Shown here: positions 18,184 through 27,875 of the stretch, one piece after another
Layout: each line of letters opens with the position of its first letter
Numbering within the stretch: position 1 is the stretch's first letter
Made by a program: the position numbers and the translations under genes
Virus record (IMG/VR): IMGVR_UViG_3300037781_000018
Location: 1-40,822 of that record
Direction: 5' to 3' (one strand)
DNA: 40,822 bases
Source of the DNA: a virus
Lineage: Duplodnaviria > Caudoviricetes
Notes under the pieces: model-generated
Told to the model about the DNA's origin: nothing
Seen by the model: only the letters and a program-made list of their open reading frames with translations
Databases searched by the model: none

Positions 18184-18487
18184 TCCAGCCAACGAAAAGA
18201 CGCGGCTGCGACTTCGCACGCGGATGCTTGGATTTAACTCGGCTAGGCGTCGGTTGATTGCTGAGCTGGTTAGCGAGTGTCGGGACTGCACGAACCGCAG
18301 CGAAGTCAAGCGTAAGGTTGCGTCTCGCATAGACGAAATAACCGAAACGCGAAACGTGCGGTTCGGCGTGATTGAGATTTTGGCAATCGTCCAGCTTGTG
18401 ATGGCGATTTGGCGGTTTATCGATTCGATGGGCTGGCTGGAAGACGCAACGCCCGATGGCGTGGAGGAGCTGTTTGATGCTGCTTAA
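18176..18487 (+). CDS. Hypothetical protein with C-terminal hydrophobic helix
   Basis: FGVIEILAIVQLVMAIW. Confidence 0.6.
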   Translation: MSNPANEKTRLRLRTRMLGFNSARRRLIAELVSECRDCTNRSEVKRKVASRIDEITETRNVRFGVIEILAIVQLVMAIWRFIDSMGWLEDATPDGVEELFDAA

Positions 18488-18743
18488 TTTTATCCTCGGC
18501 GGTCTGATTGTCGCATTGCTCGGATGGGTGCTGTGGGACGTTTACCAGCAAACTTTTTCCGGCTGGCGGGACTATGTGCCGCCTGCGAGCGACGCGAACC
18601 AAGATCGATTGTCGGCCATCGCCTCGGCTGAGGAGTTCCGGCGGTACGCTCGGCAAGGTGGCTACAAAGAGGCGTATAACCTAACCGGCGAGGCTATTGC
18701 ATCGCTCTACAAGCCCGAGGAGCCAAGCAATGGCGAAGGCTAA
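18477..18743 (+). CDS. N-terminally anchored membrane protein
   Basis: GGAGG SD; MLLNFILGGLIVALLGWVLW. Confidence 0.65.
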   Translation: MLLNFILGGLIVALLGWVLWDVYQQTFSGWRDYVPPASDANQDRLSAIASAEEFRRYARQGGYKEAYNLTGEAIASLYKPEEPSNGEG

Positions 18744-19131
18744 GTTGGGCGTTGCCATGCTATTGGCTGTCGTGTTGGGCGTCCGCGTTGGCGGTTGCGA
18801 CTTGCCTGACTTTTCCAGCGTGTTGCCGATCCCGTCGCCAACGGTTGAGGGTGAGTTGTTTCTGATCGTGATCCACGAATCCGAGCAACCGGTTGACGGA
18901 TTGGCGAATCTGAAACGCAACTTGCCTTGGCTGGACGGGCTGAAAGACCGGGACGTGCGGTTCGTGGCTTATGACGACGACTTGCCCGAGGCGAGCGACT
19001 ACGCAGCGGAACTTGGCGGTCAAGGCGTTTTGATAGTTGATAAGGGCGGGCGTGTGGTGGCAAGCGCCAAGATGCCCGAGAAAATTACGAGCGTTTGGCT
19101 GGACGAATTACTCGCGAGCGTGGGACGATAA
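18730..19131 (+). CDS. Putative lipoprotein, possible thioredoxin-like fold without CxxC
   Basis: Signal peptide ending VGGC; VRFVAYDDD...GVLIVDKGGRVV. Confidence 0.55.
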   Translation: MAKAKLGVAMLLAVVLGVRVGGCDLPDFSSVLPIPSPTVEGELFLIVIHESEQPVDGLANLKRNLPWLDGLKDRDVRFVAYDDDLPEASDYAAELGGQGVLIVDKGGRVVASAKMPEKITSVWLDELLASVGR

Positions 19132-20015
19132 TGAGCAAGCCAGGCGACTATATCGAAACAAAAGCGGGCGAGTGTGACGAAGTAATCGGGCCGGAAGGTA
19201 ACCGGATCAAGCTCGGCTTGCTTCCGCCGACCCCAGCTAGCGGGCCGCAGGTTTTTGCCAGTCTCTCATCTGCCATTCCGCTATTAAGCAAGGACGAAGC
19301 GAAGGCGATAATCACAAGTCAATTTCGCAAGCCTGCAAGACAGATTTGGGGGCCTGCGTATATTAAAAATCAAGGAGTTCGCGGGGCTTGCCAGGGCTAC
19401 GCTTCGGCGGCGGCTGTCGAGCGAACAAGAGACTTAAATGGGCAAGACTTTATTTCATTGTCTGGCGATTTTGCTTACAGCCTAGTCAACGGCGGGCGGG
19501 ATAGGGGATCACAACTTAGCGACGGTTTCCGCGCGGCAAAGGAAATCGGTTATTGCCCCGAGGACACACCGGGGCTAGTTCGCTGGGAATACCGCAAGAG
19601 TCGGATGCCGCAAGCAGCGTTTGAGGCAGCCAAGAACTACAAAGGTTTCGAGGGCTTCGTCGCACAGACAGAGCAGGAATTAGTTAGCGGGATGGCTCAC
19701 GGCGGAATCGCTGTCGTCGCAACCCACGTTACCAACAGCTTTTCACGACTTGACAGATACGGTGTCAGCGGCGGTCGCGGTGGACCCGGCAATCATGCGG
19801 AGTGTTGCGACGATATCGTCTGGGACGACGAGCTAGGCGAATTCAAGTACGACTTAGCCAACTCGTGGAACACAACTTGGGGCGACAGCGGTCGCCACTA
19901 TTGCACGTTTGAGCGTCACTTTTCGACAACGATTCGCGTCCATAAGTTTTATGTTTTTTTCGAGGCGAGCGTTGACCCTCAAGGCAACAACCCGCCACCA
20001 CTAAGGATTGTTTAG
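19131..20015 (+). CDS. Papain-like (C1) cysteine peptidase
   Basis: NQGVRGACQGYA (Q, C), GNHA (H), ANSWNTTWGDSG (N). Confidence 0.88.
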   Translation: MSKPGDYIETKAGECDEVIGPEGNRIKLGLLPPTPASGPQVFASLSSAIPLLSKDEAKAIITSQFRKPARQIWGPAYIKNQGVRGACQGYASAAAVERTRDLNGQDFISLSGDFAYSLVNGGRDRGSQLSDGFRAAKEIGYCPEDTPGLVRWEYRKSRMPQAAFEAAKNYKGFEGFVAQTEQELVSGMAHGGIAVVATHVTNSFSRLDRYGVSGGRGGPGNHAECCDDIVWDDELGEFKYDLANSWNTTWGDSGRHYCTFERHFSTTIRVHKFYVFFEASVDPQGNNPPPLRIV

Positions 20016-20016
20016 T

Positions 20017-20625
20017 ATGAAACGGATTTTGGCGGCTAGCGTCGCACTAATAACCGGCATGGTTGCGGTCAATCAGCCGGCAACTAGGAAGTCAACCGTT
20101 GAGCCACCCGCGGCGGTCGTGGCGTTGCCTGTGGAGTGCTGCGGCGACGATTGCCAATGCTGCGATAATTGCGACTGCGACGGTTGCGAGCAACCTGCAA
20201 AAATGCAGGATGCGGAGCCCGCCAAAGTCGCAACGAAGGTGAGGGATTTTGGTCACATCGAAATTATTAACGGATTGGCACATCGAATGGTTGCCAGGTG
20301 GAAAGAGGGCGACGTGTGGAAATACCACTACGAACCAATCAGCCAACCTGCCCAAACCTTGCCAAGCGTTGCCAGCGGGACATACAGCGGGTCGAGCCAA
20401 TGGACATACCCAGGCACTATCGACGGTCATTTAACGTCAACACATGGTCTAAGTCGCTCGCAGCTTGCCGGGAAGTCTAAGCAAGAGCTGGAGCGACTCC
20501 ACGACAGCCTACATAACGCCACTCGCTACGCACCTGCTCAGTCTGTTTATCGGCAGCCGGTCATGCAGAGTAATTGCCCAGGAGGCGTCTGTCCACAACC
20601 ACAAAGACGAGGGTGGTTCCGGTGA
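20017..20625 (+). CDS. Secreted Cys/His-rich protein
   Basis: Signal peptide, CCGDDCQCCDNCDCDGC, HLTSTH...LHDSLH, CPGGVCP. Confidence 0.65.
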   Translation: MKRILAASVALITGMVAVNQPATRKSTVEPPAAVVALPVECCGDDCQCCDNCDCDGCEQPAKMQDAEPAKVATKVRDFGHIEIINGLAHRMVARWKEGDVWKYHYEPISQPAQTLPSVASGTYSGSSQWTYPGTIDGHLTSTHGLSRSQLAGKSKQELERLHDSLHNATRYAPAQSVYRQPVMQSNCPGGVCPQPQRRGWFR

Positions 20626-20921
20626 ATTTACCCGACGTATCAAACGGCTGGATCGCCGCGGGAGTCAGTACGATTATTGCTTCACTTGCAACCGCAGTCG
20701 CCACGCTTTTCAAGGTCAGCGAAAACAAATCAGTCTCGGCAGTCAAAGCACTTGAGGAACGAGTGAACTATCTTGACAAGGCGAACGCCGAGTGCATCGA
20801 GGACCGGATTAAGCTAAACGCGAATATCGTTAACCTGTCAGTGACGGTGGCGAGATTAGAGGGCAGGTTGTCCCATTTTATTTCGGACGTAAACGAGGCG
20901 AGCGGCGGGAATGGTAACTAG
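20622..20921 (+). CDS. TM plus coiled-coil protein (holin/spanin-like)
   Basis: GTGA overlap; N-terminal hydrophobic helix followed by heptad repeats. Confidence 0.55.
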   Translation: MNLPDVSNGWIAAGVSTIIASLATAVATLFKVSENKSVSAVKALEERVNYLDKANAECIEDRIKLNANIVNLSVTVARLEGRLSHFISDVNEASGGNGN

Positions 20922-23589
20922 ACGAGTGACAAGCCGAGTAACGACACCGACGGCGCGGCGAGTAACGGGCGATGGTGTGTCGGGTGGTAGTGGTTTGCTT
21001 CCCGGCTTTACCAAGCTGGGGGTAGCACTTGCTAATCCTTCTTGGCTCGCTACGGCTGGCAACAGGGGGCCTTATTTTCCAAGGCTGTTTGAAAATGACT
21101 TGCACCGCTCTGTTTTAAGTAGCTTGCCGACTGATAGGTTTTCAATTCTTTACAGTTCCGACCATGGCACGACTACGGGCTATATTGGCAGGGCGGACAC
21201 AGACAGCATCGAAACAATACCCTGGACAGATAGTGGGGCTGCGGTGCTAACGGGTGCTGACCAGCTAGAAACTCCGTTTCCAATTTATGATGCGGCACAA
21301 GAAAAAGTTTTGGTTTATTTTCACGACCAATCAAATCCCTATAAGTTTGGTTTTCAAAATACCCAACTTTACACAACTGAAGACTTAGATAGTTTTTCGT
21401 ATCAAAACGAAATTGGTAGCAACGTTAAGCACTCTGGTTATGCTCAGGTGATTGGTAGCGGCAACTTTTGGGTTATGCGGTCAATAGGCGATGACGGCTC
21501 CGTTTTTGCTGACGCTCTTTGGTACGGCACCAGTCCCGACCGCTTGAATGCCTGGCCACTATTGCTGCCGCCAGGTCAAGCAACTATTCTGCCGCCAACA
21601 AAGCAAACATCTGGCACGCCCTTTGTATTCCAATACGGTGGGAAGCTGTGGAGGCTTACTACCAGGACAGTCAGACCGCAGTCATCAACCACTCACGAGG
21701 CGTTTATTGCCTATCAGGTTGCCTCAGATGGATACACACCGCTTAGCGGCTATCAAGACCTGATCTTGCCAGGCGGCACAGATGACGCTGATAGATATTT
21801 AATTGAGACAGCGGCTGCGTATGTTGTGGATGGAACACTTTACATACTTTATATCGGGCAAAACACTGCTGGCGAAAACTCTATCATGCTCGCCAAAGGC
21901 AACGCAGATGAGCCTACGCAAACATCATTCTTGCTTCCGGTTAATTCAAGTGGCAAAATTGCCCGCAGTGCTGCCAGGACTTTAGAGGTTGATTGGGTAG
22001 GGTCGGACGGCATTATTCCAGATGCAACTGCGACTGTTGTAAGCGGAACAAATAATTCCACAGCTTTTTTGCATGGCTATGAATTGCGGACCGGTTCGGG
22101 CTCAGCACAGGATATTGCGTGGGACTTCCCGGCAGTTCAGCCGACAACAGATGGAGATTTAGAGTTTTCTTTGAATGGAATTTCAGCTTCGACGCTCAGC
22201 CATGAAAATGGCTATGGTTTTGAAATCGGCTTGCTTGACGATCTGGCAAGCCCGACAGATGGGTTTTTTTTAGATTGGTCAGTTGGGACGAACGGCACTC
22301 TTCACACTTTTGCAGATGGGGTTGAAGACACCGAAAACCTTCGGTCAATTGATTTTTGGGTCAATACGGCGTTTCGCGATTTACACGCAAACATTTCTTT
22401 CAGGGTCAGTGAGAATGGGGAGCGAGTCACGTTATTTCTAAATGACTCGCCAGCATATTCTGCCGACATATCTTCATCGGTTACATGGGGCAGTAACGTA
22501 AAGCCATATATTCGCATCAAGACAGGGAGCACTCACGCAGATGAGTTTTTCCTACGTTTTGAGCGGTTAATGATTCAGCGACAGGGCTCCGGAACAGATG
22601 CAATTATTGAAGACATTCGTGCGTTTGAAAATTTCCCTGCATCGTTTAGTTGCGTTGCTTCCGGTGGATCGTCGTATCAATGGCAAAAAAGGGACAGAGC
22701 GACCAAAGGCAGTTGGCTAAATGTAAGTGGTGCCACATCAAGCGTGCTTTCATTCGCGAACGTTTCGCGATACGACGCTGAGTATGAATATAGGTGTGTC
22801 GTCGATGGAAGTGTTAGCAGCAATCGTGCTTTTATGTTTGTTTCGCCTGAGTCAGATATTATCAACTGGATGGATTTAAGTCGAGCATACAATATGCAAG
22901 GTGCGACTGGAAACGCTCGCATCCCAACTACCGCTGTCGTTCGGTGTGATTGCCAGGTTCGTAGCAGTCCATTCTATCGACAATTAACAGTAGCAAATCA
23001 ACCAACTATCGGTAGCACTACCTACAATGGCCGCAAGTCTGTTGTTTTTGATGGTAACGATACCGTCGAAAACGCCACTACGTTAGTAATTGGGGATACA
23101 ACCGAAACTTGGTTTTGCGTGTTTAAGCGTGCCGCCGGTGCATCTAGGGGTGACGTTTATCAAAGCGGGAGTAGCACACAAAAAATCCTATACACCGCAG
23201 ACGATAGCACTTTACAAATATACGCGGGCACAATCTTGGCTGGCACAGCGGACGTTACAGAGCTTGGGGTGGCGACCGCAGTATTTAATGGATCAAGCTC
23301 GATTGTGCGGTGGAATGGTACAGAAATAGCGACTGGAAACGCGGGAACAAGAAGTTCTTCGGCTGGCCAGTATCTTGGCGGTCGAAGTTCGGAAAGTCCT
23401 CTAGATGGCGAAATATGCGAAGTCATTAGGTTCCGAGGCGTATTGCCAATTGAAAAAATACAAGCCGAAGAAGCAGCACTGATGGCAAAATGGGGAATTG
23501 GTTCGGCTGTCTCGACGGACAGTTTACTTTTGGAAGACGGCGACGGATTATTACTTGAAACTGGCGACAAGCTGTTACTTGAGGCTTAA
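20911..23589 (+). CDS. Large multidomain fibre/receptor-binding protein
   Basis: 892 aa; glycosidase-like beta-propeller N-terminal half, Ig-like FSC...YQWQK...YRCVV, LamG-like C-terminus, [12 protein letters not shown] tail. Confidence 0.6.
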   Translation: MVTRRVTSRVTTPTARRVTGDGVSGGSGLLPGFTKLGVALANPSWLATAGNRGPYFPRLFENDLHRSVLSSLPTDRFSILYSSDHGTTTGYIGRADTDSIETIPWTDSGAAVLTGADQLETPFPIYDAAQEKVLVYFHDQSNPYKFGFQNTQLYTTEDLDSFSYQNEIGSNVKHSGYAQVIGSGNFWVMRSIGDDGSVFADALWYGTSPDRLNAWPLLLPPGQATILPPTKQTSGTPFVFQYGGKLWRLTTRTVRPQSSTTHEAFIAYQVASDGYTPLSGYQDLILPGGTDDADRYLIETAAAYVVDGTLYILYIGQNTAGENSIMLAKGNADEPTQTSFLLPVNSSGKIARSAARTLEVDWVGSDGIIPDATATVVSGTNNSTAFLHGYELRTGSGSAQDIAWDFPAVQPTTDGDLEFSLNGISASTLSHENGYGFEIGLLDDLASPTDGFFLDWSVGTNGTLHTFADGVEDTENLRSIDFWVNTAFRDLHANISFRVSENGERVTLFLNDSPAYSADISSSVTWGSNVKPYIRIKTGSTHADEFFLRFERLMIQRQGSGTDAIIEDIRAFENFPASFSCVASGGSSYQWQKRDRATKGSWLNVSGATSSVLSFANVSRYDAEYEYRCVVDGSVSSNRAFMFVSPESDIINWMDLSRAYNMQGATGNARIPTTAVVRCDCQVRSSPFYRQLTVANQPTIGSTTYNGRKSVVFDGNDTVENATTLVIGDTTETWFCVFKRAAGASRGDVYQSGSSTQKILYTADDSTLQIYAGTILAGTADVTELGVATAVFNGSSSIVRWNGTEIATGNAGTRSSSAGQYLGGRSSESPLDGEICEVIRFRGVLPIEKIQAEEAALMAKWGIGSAVSTDSLLLEDGDGLLLETGDKLLLEA

Positions 23590-23591
23590 CA

Positions 23592-24236
23592 ATGGCAGAT
23601 CAAAAAACCACAGCACTAACTGCGTTAACTTCGCTAGTTGATGCTGATTTATTCTATGTGATCGATGACGTTGCTGGGACGGCAACGTCGAAGAAGATTA
23701 CGGCGGCAAACGTGCTGGCGTATGTTTCCGCCAATGTTTCGGTTAATGATGCCAACTGGTCGGGTACAGATTTGGCAATAGCCAACGGCGGCACCGGTGC
23801 AAGTGATGCCAGCGGAGCACGAACAAATCTCGGTCTTGTGATCGGTACTGACGTGCAAGCGTATGATGCTGACACAGCAAAGACCGATGTTGCCCAGGAA
23901 TATTCGGCGGCTCAGAATTTCGACGCGGCTATCCTGACTGATGCAGCTTCGATCACCTGGGATCTCAACACTCAGCAGGTTGGTATTGTCACACTTGGCG
24001 GCAACCGAACACTTGCTAATCCGAGTAACCAAAAGGCTGGCGGGACGTATATTGTAATCGTCAAGCAAGACGCTACCGGGAGCCGCACATTAGCTTATGG
24101 CGACAACTACAAGTGGCCAGGAGGGACAGCACCAACTCTTACGACTGACGCCAATGCAGTGGATATTTTGACGTTTGTTAGCGATGGCACAAACATGCAC
24201 GGCGTTTCATCACTCGATTTCTCGGTGCCTGCATAA
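23592..24236 (+). CDS. Fibre protein
   Basis: [10 protein letters not shown]; [22 protein letters not shown]; [11 protein letters not shown]...[10 protein letters not shown]. Confidence 0.72.
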   Translation: MADQKTTALTALTSLVDADLFYVIDDVAGTATSKKITAANVLAYVSANVSVNDANWSGTDLAIANGGTGASDASGARTNLGLVIGTDVQAYDADTAKTDVAQEYSAAQNFDAAILTDAASITWDLNTQQVGIVTLGGNRTLANPSNQKAGGTYIVIVKQDATGSRTLAYGDNYKWPGGTAPTLTTDANAVDILTFVSDGTNMHGVSSLDFSVPA

Positions 24237-25159
24237 TGTTTACTTTTCCTATTGGGTTTCATTCGTTTTCGCCTGTCGGTGGTGGCTCTTTATTGCTTGA
24301 TACTTACAGCGGAGGGCAACTTGCATTTTCGCTTCGGAAAGTACGCAACGCATACTCTGGTAATTGCGTGCGGGTAAGGCGGTCGTCGGATAATGCAGAG
24401 CAAGATGTTGGTTTTGTAGATAGAGTTATTGATACCGCGTCAATGCTGACTTTCTGTGGGGCTGGAGATGGGTTTGTTGTTACTTGGTACGAACAGTCTG
24501 GTAATGGACTCAACGCAACTCAGGCAAGCAATTCGTTACAGCCGCAAATTGTCACTAGCGGTGCCGTTAATACCTTTGGAGGCAAGCCTTCGGTTGATTT
24601 TAATGGCTCGACGAGTGTGCTGTGGGGCACTGACGGCGGTGTGCTTAATGGGTTGAGGACCGGGCAGCTCTCTTATTTTGCGGCGGCCAGGTCGTTTGCA
24701 TTGCCGAAATATGCTTGCATCTTCACTCCGTCTGTCTCAAGCTCAGACGGACAGGGTTCTATTGCATTACAAAAATTTGGGGTTAGTGGGTCTATCTTCG
24801 GCCCACACAATACCTGGATCGCTGGGACTAACGTTGCATCAGTAGATTTAACTGGCGTCCGTGCTGAGCATTACATATTTTCCACATTTCGAGACTCTGC
24901 TGGCACAGCAGGAAACGGCGCTCAGCAATTGGTAGCAGTCCGCAATGGCGCGAGAAATCTCAGTAGCACTGGCACGCAAACCTGGACAAGCAATAATGGG
25001 ACAAAATTTGCGATCGGAAACCAAAGCGACGTAGATTCAGGAACGCCTGTTAACTGGGATGGCCCGATTCAGGAATTATTAGTCTTTAGCGTTGATCACC
25101 GTGCAAATCGTGCGGCTATCGAGGCTGACATGGCGGCAGCTCACGGGATTGCTCTTTAA
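24236..25159 (+). CDS. Lectin/LamG-like fibre-tip protein
   Basis: AFSLRKVRNAYSGNCVRVRRSSDNAEQDVGF...WYEQSGNG; coupled to fibre gene. Confidence 0.68.
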   Translation: MFTFPIGFHSFSPVGGGSLLLDTYSGGQLAFSLRKVRNAYSGNCVRVRRSSDNAEQDVGFVDRVIDTASMLTFCGAGDGFVVTWYEQSGNGLNATQASNSLQPQIVTSGAVNTFGGKPSVDFNGSTSVLWGTDGGVLNGLRTGQLSYFAAARSFALPKYACIFTPSVSSSDGQGSIALQKFGVSGSIFGPHNTWIAGTNVASVDLTGVRAEHYIFSTFRDSAGTAGNGAQQLVAVRNGARNLSSTGTQTWTSNNGTKFAIGNQSDVDSGTPVNWDGPIQELLVFSVDHRANRAAIEADMAAAHGIAL

Positions 25160-25270
25160 CACGCAACGATCCATCGCGTGTTACGTGAGCTGAGAAGCTG
25201 AGTCGAGTGCACGCGGCTCGGTGGAGCTCCCAGGCCCGGTACGTTAAGCCGGGCCGCCAAAACACCCGAC

Positions 25271-25303
25271 AGCCCCGACGCCCACCCGCGCCGGGGCTTT
25301 TTT
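25271..25303 (+). terminator. Rho-independent terminator
   Basis: AGCCCCG/CGGGGCT stem followed by T-tract. Confidence 0.7.
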
Positions 25304-25345
25304 GTGGGGTGGGGAAAGCCGCATAATTCTTTTCTGATTTTAGGC

Positions 25346-25373
25346 TTGACTGTTTTCTAGCCGATGTTAAAAT
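25346..25373 (+). promoter_or_regulatory. Near-consensus sigma70 promoter at the head of the accessory region
   Basis: TTGACT-16bp-TAAAAT with TGn extension and AT-rich upstream tract. Confidence 0.72.
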
Positions 25374-25417
25374 TCAGACATACAAGAGACGATATCACCT
25401 CACACGGGAAAACGAAA

Positions 25418-25576
25418 ATGACCGCCATTGAGCTGAAAAACGAAATCGCTGAGATCAAGGAAGAAATCGCAAACGTCAAGGAAATCGAGACAGGCGACTA
25501 CTTCCCAGCTTGGGAAAAAGAGCGAGACCTTGAAAGGCTTTACGCTCGACTCGGAAAGCTGATCGCGGAGCTTTGA
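25418..25576 (+). CDS. Small coiled-coil protein
   Basis: First ATG with GGGA SD after the promoter. Confidence 0.6.
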   Translation: MTAIELKNEIAEIKEEIANVKEIETGDYFPAWEKERDLERLYARLGKLIAEL

Positions 25577-25577
25577 G

Positions 25578-25769
25578 GTGAGAGGCGGCAAACGAGAGGG
25601 AGCAGGCAGGCCGCCCGCTCCCGAGGGCGAAAAAAAAGTGCCGTATGCGACTAAGCTCGATCCGCAGGTGGTCGAGTATTTGAGGGCGTGCGGCAACGGG
25701 GCACGGGCGATTGAGCAGGCTATTCAGCGTAGCAAGGCCTTTCGGGAGTGGATGGCTAACAGACGATAG
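25578..25769 (+). CDS. Small DNA-binding protein (RHH/BrnA-like)
   Basis: RGGKREGAGRP followed by TKLDPQVVEYLR. Confidence 0.65.
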   Translation: MRGGKREGAGRPPAPEGEKKVPYATKLDPQVVEYLRACGNGARAIEQAIQRSKAFREWMANRR

Positions 25770-25796
25770 GATTTTGACACTTACACGGGGAATGAG

Positions 25797-26078
25797 ATGA
25801 GCAGCAGATTCTACGCGGTCGCGGATGCTAACGGGCCAATCTCGGTAGCGATCAACACCCGAACGGCGGAGCAGGCTTGCAAGTGGTTTGCGAAGCATGA
25901 CGCGGCTGAATTCGTTGACCAAGGCCGCACCGACGCGGAAGATGATTTTGGCGCGGAGTGTGAGGGGATGAGCAAAGGGTTGTTTTTCCACGTGATGCGA
26001 AGCAACGGCTATGAAGTTGTCGAACTTGACATGGCTGGCGATTACAACTGGATGCTGTGGGCACGTGCGGAAGATTGA
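25797..26078 (+). CDS. Hypothetical protein (module cargo)
   Basis: Flanked by 28-bp sites at 25757 and 26084. Confidence 0.65.
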   Translation: MSSRFYAVADANGPISVAINTRTAEQACKWFAKHDAAEFVDQGRTDAEDDFGAECEGMSKGLFFHVMRSNGYEVVELDMAGDYNWMLWARAED

Positions 26079-26120
26079 CCAACTAACGGCCAATAACGAA
26101 TCCTTTGTAAAGGAGCGATA

Positions 26121-26396
26121 GTGAGTACCGAAAAAATACTGGTTGAGCGGTTGCGCGATTACGACCAGTGCCATGACGGCGATATAGACGAAGCGGCGGA
26201 TATGCTGGAGTTTTTCTTTGGACAGATGCAGATGCACTCACCGAAGATGGACGGCCAGCACAGCTACAGCTTTCGCGGCGGGTGGCCGATGCAACACTGC
26301 ATCGGGAACAGTCCAGAAGCTGCGGTAAGGGCTGCGATTGCGGAGATTCGCAAGGCTTCCGGTGAAGCGGCTTTGGGTATTAACAGCGAACAATAA
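26121..26396 (+). CDS. Hypothetical protein (module cargo)
   Basis: AAGGAG SD; flanked by sites at 26084 and 26381. Confidence 0.7.
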   Translation: MSTEKILVERLRDYDQCHDGDIDEAADMLEFFFGQMQMHSPKMDGQHSYSFRGGWPMQHCIGNSPEAAVRAAIAEIRKASGEAALGINSEQ

Positions 26397-26513
26397 ATCG
26401 GGTGTAACAGACGACGATTGAGGCAGCGTCACCGGGGACGCGAATTCAATAAGCCCGCGTTGGCCACTGACGCTACAGTGGAAGTCAAAGACGGTCAAAC
26501 CGGATTGGCGAGT

Positions 26514-26613
26514 GGATCGGCGGCGTGGACGGTGACGCGCGGAAAGCCTTGCTGGTTTGTTGCTACAAGACCTAGGTGACCAGCTAGAGCAGGTTCGACT
26601 CCTGCCCGATCCA
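26514..26613 (+). ncRNA. tRNA-like RNA 1 (no canonical anticodon arm)
   Basis: GGATCGG/CCGATCC acceptor, GCGT/ACGC D-like stem, GCAGG-TTCGACT-CCTGC T-arm; 100 nt. Confidence 0.65.
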
Positions 26614-26728
26614 TTATTTTTGCCTCAAAAAGTAGGTAGTTTTTCAGGCAGGCTTGTGGGAAAAAGTAGCCATTTTTACCCACAGGTAACGGCTAAGAAC
26701 AGATTCTTTGTAAAAGGCGACGATCAAA

Positions 26729-26956
26729 ATGGATGAGGCAAAGGAAAGAGCGGCGGCGTTTCTTGCTGACATGGTGGAGCTTTGTCGAAAGCACAGGGCA
26801 ATGGTCTACCTTGACGGAGAAGGCGAAGATGCTGACGTGGAGTTCGTCGAGCAGCCGATAGGCACCAGCGGCTATATGTTTTCGGTTGGGATTGCAGAGA
26901 TTGAGGAAGCAGTTCGACGAGAGCTTTGGAAAGAACTTTACGACGGCGAGTTGTAG
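26729..26956 (+). CDS. Hypothetical acidic protein (module cargo)
   Basis: Flanked by sites at 26687 and 26954. Confidence 0.65.
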   Translation: MDEAKERAAAFLADMVELCRKHRAMVYLDGEGEDADVEFVEQPIGTSGYMFSVGIAEIEEAVRRELWKELYDGEL

Positions 26957-26992
26957 CGGCCAAGTCTCGATTGACACTTAACGGGGTGATTT

Positions 26993-27307
26993 ATGTTGGC
27001 GGAAGATGCGATTCAAGCAATCAAAGCACTTGACGAAGCGGGGGCGTGTTCGTTTATCACTTGTGAGTCCGGGCACGGTACACGACCCCAAGTCACTGTG
27101 AAATTCAAGCACATTCAAGACGCGCAAAGCTTCCACCGTGCACTAATCCGGTGCGGTGAAGTCGCGAGGTTGATCGTGGCGGACACGCAAGAGAAACTTG
27201 AGCAGCAAAGCGTTCGAGATATGGCAGCGGCGGCTGGTATGGATATTAGCGACATCCGGGGCGAAGATATTGACAGCTTGACCGGCAAGCGGTCGTTTAA
27301 CGAGTAA
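26993..27307 (+). CDS. Hypothetical protein (module cargo)
   Basis: GGGGTG SD; flanked by sites at 26954 and 27298. Confidence 0.65.
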   Translation: MLAEDAIQAIKALDEAGACSFITCESGHGTRPQVTVKFKHIQDAQSFHRALIRCGEVARLIVADTQEKLEQQSVRDMAAAAGMDISDIRGEDIDSLTGKRSFNE

Positions 27308-27361
27308 GGCTGGATCGTGCGAGACGGGCAGCTGTCAAGTATTCCTTGACAGCTCAGTAAC

Positions 27362-27470
27362 GGACTAGAGGCACGGCAGTGCACTGCGCGACAACAATGG
27401 TTGGGCGTCGTCGAGGTGGCAACTCGCGACGGGAAGCAGGCCAAACCAGGTTCGACTCCTGGCTAGTCCA
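27362..27470 (+). ncRNA. tRNA-like RNA 2 (expanded anticodon domain)
   Basis: GGACTAG/CTAGTCC acceptor, GCAC/GTGC D-like stem, CCAGG-TTCGACT-CCTGG T-arm; 109 nt. Confidence 0.65.
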
Positions 27471-27504
27471 TTAACGGGTAAGTTTTGATCGGGTGTAAAA
27501 GACG

Positions 27505-27765
27505 ATGCGAGTAGTCCAGGCTAGTTTGTGCTTACGTTTTTATCGTTCGGCGGGTTGGACTCGCGAGGCTGTCCGTGAATTGTTGAGCGACGACAAGCGG
27601 CTTGCTCGCGTGTTTCCGAGATACTTCGACGATCGGGACCAAGCCGGGAACGGTAGCTTTGAGTTAGACGACGGGCTGCCTCACGACGATTGCGACTACT
27701 TTGCTGTCTACGGGGCGTGCAATCCGTTTTCGGCTGAGGCGTTGGCACAGCACGACATTGCGTAA
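27505..27765 (+). CDS. Hypothetical protein (module cargo)
   Basis: Fills the interval between sites 27472 and 27763; its stop is the TAA of the site. Confidence 0.55.
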   Translation: MRVVQASLCLRFYRSAGWTREAVRELLSDDKRLARVFPRYFDDRDQAGNGSFELDDGLPHDDCDYFAVYGACNPFSAEALAQHDIA

Positions 27766-27875
27766 CGGACAATAGATCATTGCGTTTTAATGATCGGCGG
27801 AAAGTTAAAATAACGGGCCGGTAATTTTAATCCGGCGTAACGGTCAAGGTTTCATTGGGTGTAAAGGAAAAGATC

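Noticed and set aside
20911-25159. Diversity-generating retroelement targeting the fibre genes
   Set aside because: No reverse transcriptase and no template/variable repeat pair seen
25476-26237. 253-aa minus-strand ORF and other antisense ORFs in the track
   Set aside because: Shadows of well-punctuated + strand genes; no motifs or RBS support
26514-27470. Canonical tRNA genes or tmRNA
   Set aside because: No 7-nt anticodon loop on a 5-bp stem, no U8, far too short for tmRNA; reported as tRNA-like RNAs instead
26084-27865. 28-bp motif as ECF sigma promoters (TAAC-N-TGTAAA)
   Set aside because: Not excluded but disfavoured: the internal AA-N6-AT is better conserved than the would-be -10, the SD overlaps the -10 at 26106 and 27860, and the best copy is palindromic
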